DNA of 64,000 nt, from the NCBI GenBank assembly GCA_950097015.1, contig CATNEN010000037.1, positions 2,542,001-2,606,000 of the forward strand. The letters run 5' to 3'. Position 1 is the first letter of the stretch; the number at the start of each line of letters is the position of its first letter. Positions 62,545 to 64,000 of this stretch are shown here, piece by piece. A program made the position numbers and the translations under genes. This DNA is from Macrostomum hystrix. Its lineage: Eukaryota; Animalia; Platyhelminthes. The notes under the pieces were generated by a model. It saw only the letters and a list, made by a program, of their open reading frames with translations, searched no databases and was not told the origin of the DNA.

Positions 62545-64000
62545 TACAGTTCCTCATCCCAGCGTCTCTTCATCCCAGCGTCACTTCATCTCAGTATCTC
62601 TTCTTCCCAGTGTCTCTTCTTCCCAGTGTCTCTTCATCCCAGTGTATCTTCATCCCAGTGGTGTCTCTTCATCCCAGCGTCACTTTATCCCAGCGTCACT
62701 TCATACCAGTGTCTCTTCATCCCAGTGTCTCTTCTTCCCAGTGTCTCTTCTTCCCAGTGTCTCTTCATCCCAGTGTCTCTTCATCCCAGTGTCTCTTCAT
62801 CCCAGTGTCTCTTCATCCCAGTGTCTCTTCATCCCAGTGTCTCTTCTTCCCAGCGTCACTTCATCCCAGTGTCTCTTCATCCCAGTGTCTCTTCATCCCA
62901 GTGTCTCTTCATCCCAGCGTCACTTCATCTCAGTGTCTCTTCTTCCCAGTGTATCTTCATCCCAGTGGTGTCTCTTCATCCCAGCGTCACTTTATCCCAG
63001 CGTCACTTCATACCAGTGTCTCTTCATCCCAGTGTCTCTTCTTCCCAGTGTCTCTTCTTCCCAGTGTCTCTTCATCCCAGTGTCTCTTCATCCCAGTGTC
63101 TCTTCATCCCAGTGTCTCTTCATCCCAGTGTCTCTTCATCCCAGTGTCTCTTCTTCCCAGCGTCACTTCATCCCAGTGTCTCTTCATCCCAGTGTCTCTT
63201 CATCCCAGTGTCTCTTCTTCCCAGTGTCTCTTCATCCCAGTGTCTCTTCATCCCAGTGTATCTTCATCCCAGTGTCTCTTCATCCCAGCGTCTCTTCATC
63301 CCAGTGTCTCTTCTTCCCAGTGTATCTTCATCCCAGCGTCTCTTCATCCCAGTGTCTCTTCTTTCCAGCGTCACTTCATCCCAGTGTCTCTTCATCCCAG
63401 TGTCTCTTCATCCCAGTGTCTCTTCTTCCCAGTGTCTCTTCATCCCAGTGTCTCTTCTTCCCAGTGTCTCTTCATCCCAGTGTCTCTTCTTCCCAGCGTC
63501 ACTTCATCCCAGTGTCTCTTCATCCCAGTGTCTCTTCATCCCAGTGTCTCTTCATCCCAGTGTCTCTTCTTCCCAGTGTCTCTTCATCCCAGTGTCTCTT
63601 CATCCCAGTGTATCTTCATCCCAGTGTCTCTTCATCCCAGCGTCACTTCATCTCAGTGTCTCTTCATCCCAGTGTCTCTTCATCCCAGTGTCTCTTCTTC
63701 CCAGCGTCACTTCATCCCAGTGTCTCTTCATCCCAGTGTCTCTTCATCCCAGTGTCTCTTCTTCCCAGTGTCTCTTCATCCCAGTCTCTCTTCATCCCAG
63801 TGTCTCTTCATTCTAGTGTCTCTTCATCCCAGTGTCTCTTCATCCCAGTGTCTCTTCATCCCAGTGTCTCTTCTTCCCAGTGTCTCTTCATCCCAGCGTC
63901 ACTTCATCCCAGCGTCACTTCATCCCAGTGTTTCTTCATCCCAGCGTCTCTTCATCCCAGTGTCTCTTCATCCCAGTGTCTCTTCTTCCTAGTGTCTCTT
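62545..64000. repeat. Pyrimidine-rich minisatellite, 16-bp unit cccagtgtctcttcat, running off the window end
   Basis: Direct reading. Confidence 0.95.

Noticed and set aside
60941-63992. GRGETG, EERLG, SPLPV and VSLHPSVSSSQCLF ORFs of 250-492 aa
   Set aside because: Translations of 15- and 16-bp minisatellites; no splice structure or non-repetitive domain

Overview
Eukaryotic (metazoan) genomic DNA with spliceosomal GT-AG introns. The gene content and minisatellite-packed introns suggest a flatworm such as Macrostomum (inference only). Six spliced protein-coding genes were reconstructed by hand, and every exon set sums to an intact reading frame. They are: a cytoplasmic intermediate filament protein with lamin-tail domain (+, 2542-7955, one GC-AG intron); a ~2950-aa non-chordate classical (DN-cadherin-like, type III) cadherin (+, 13159-24666); Maelstrom (+, 30212/33419-34966); the E1 enzyme UBA6 (+, 35994-44977); SMU1 (+, 47459-50852); and a GH5 endoglycoceramidase (-, 52928-56269). 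About 20 tandem arrays (15-44 bp units) fill introns and intergenic DNA and account for nearly all of the long low-complexity ORFs in the supplied track. Features not visible in the ORF track: a complete hAT-type non-autonomous element with TIRs and an 8-bp TSD that carries a 1.85-kb minisatellite; a second hAT-like element; a TA-flanked foldback element; a decayed Crypton/DUF3504-like fossil; a tRNA-derived SINE head; two tandem tRNA-Lys(TTT)-like relics between mael and UBA6; and one repeat element shared by two consecutive SMU1 introns. The co-oriented mael-UBA6-SMU1 block is a candidate trans-spliced operon (unproven). No CRISPR array, rRNA or intact tRNA was found.
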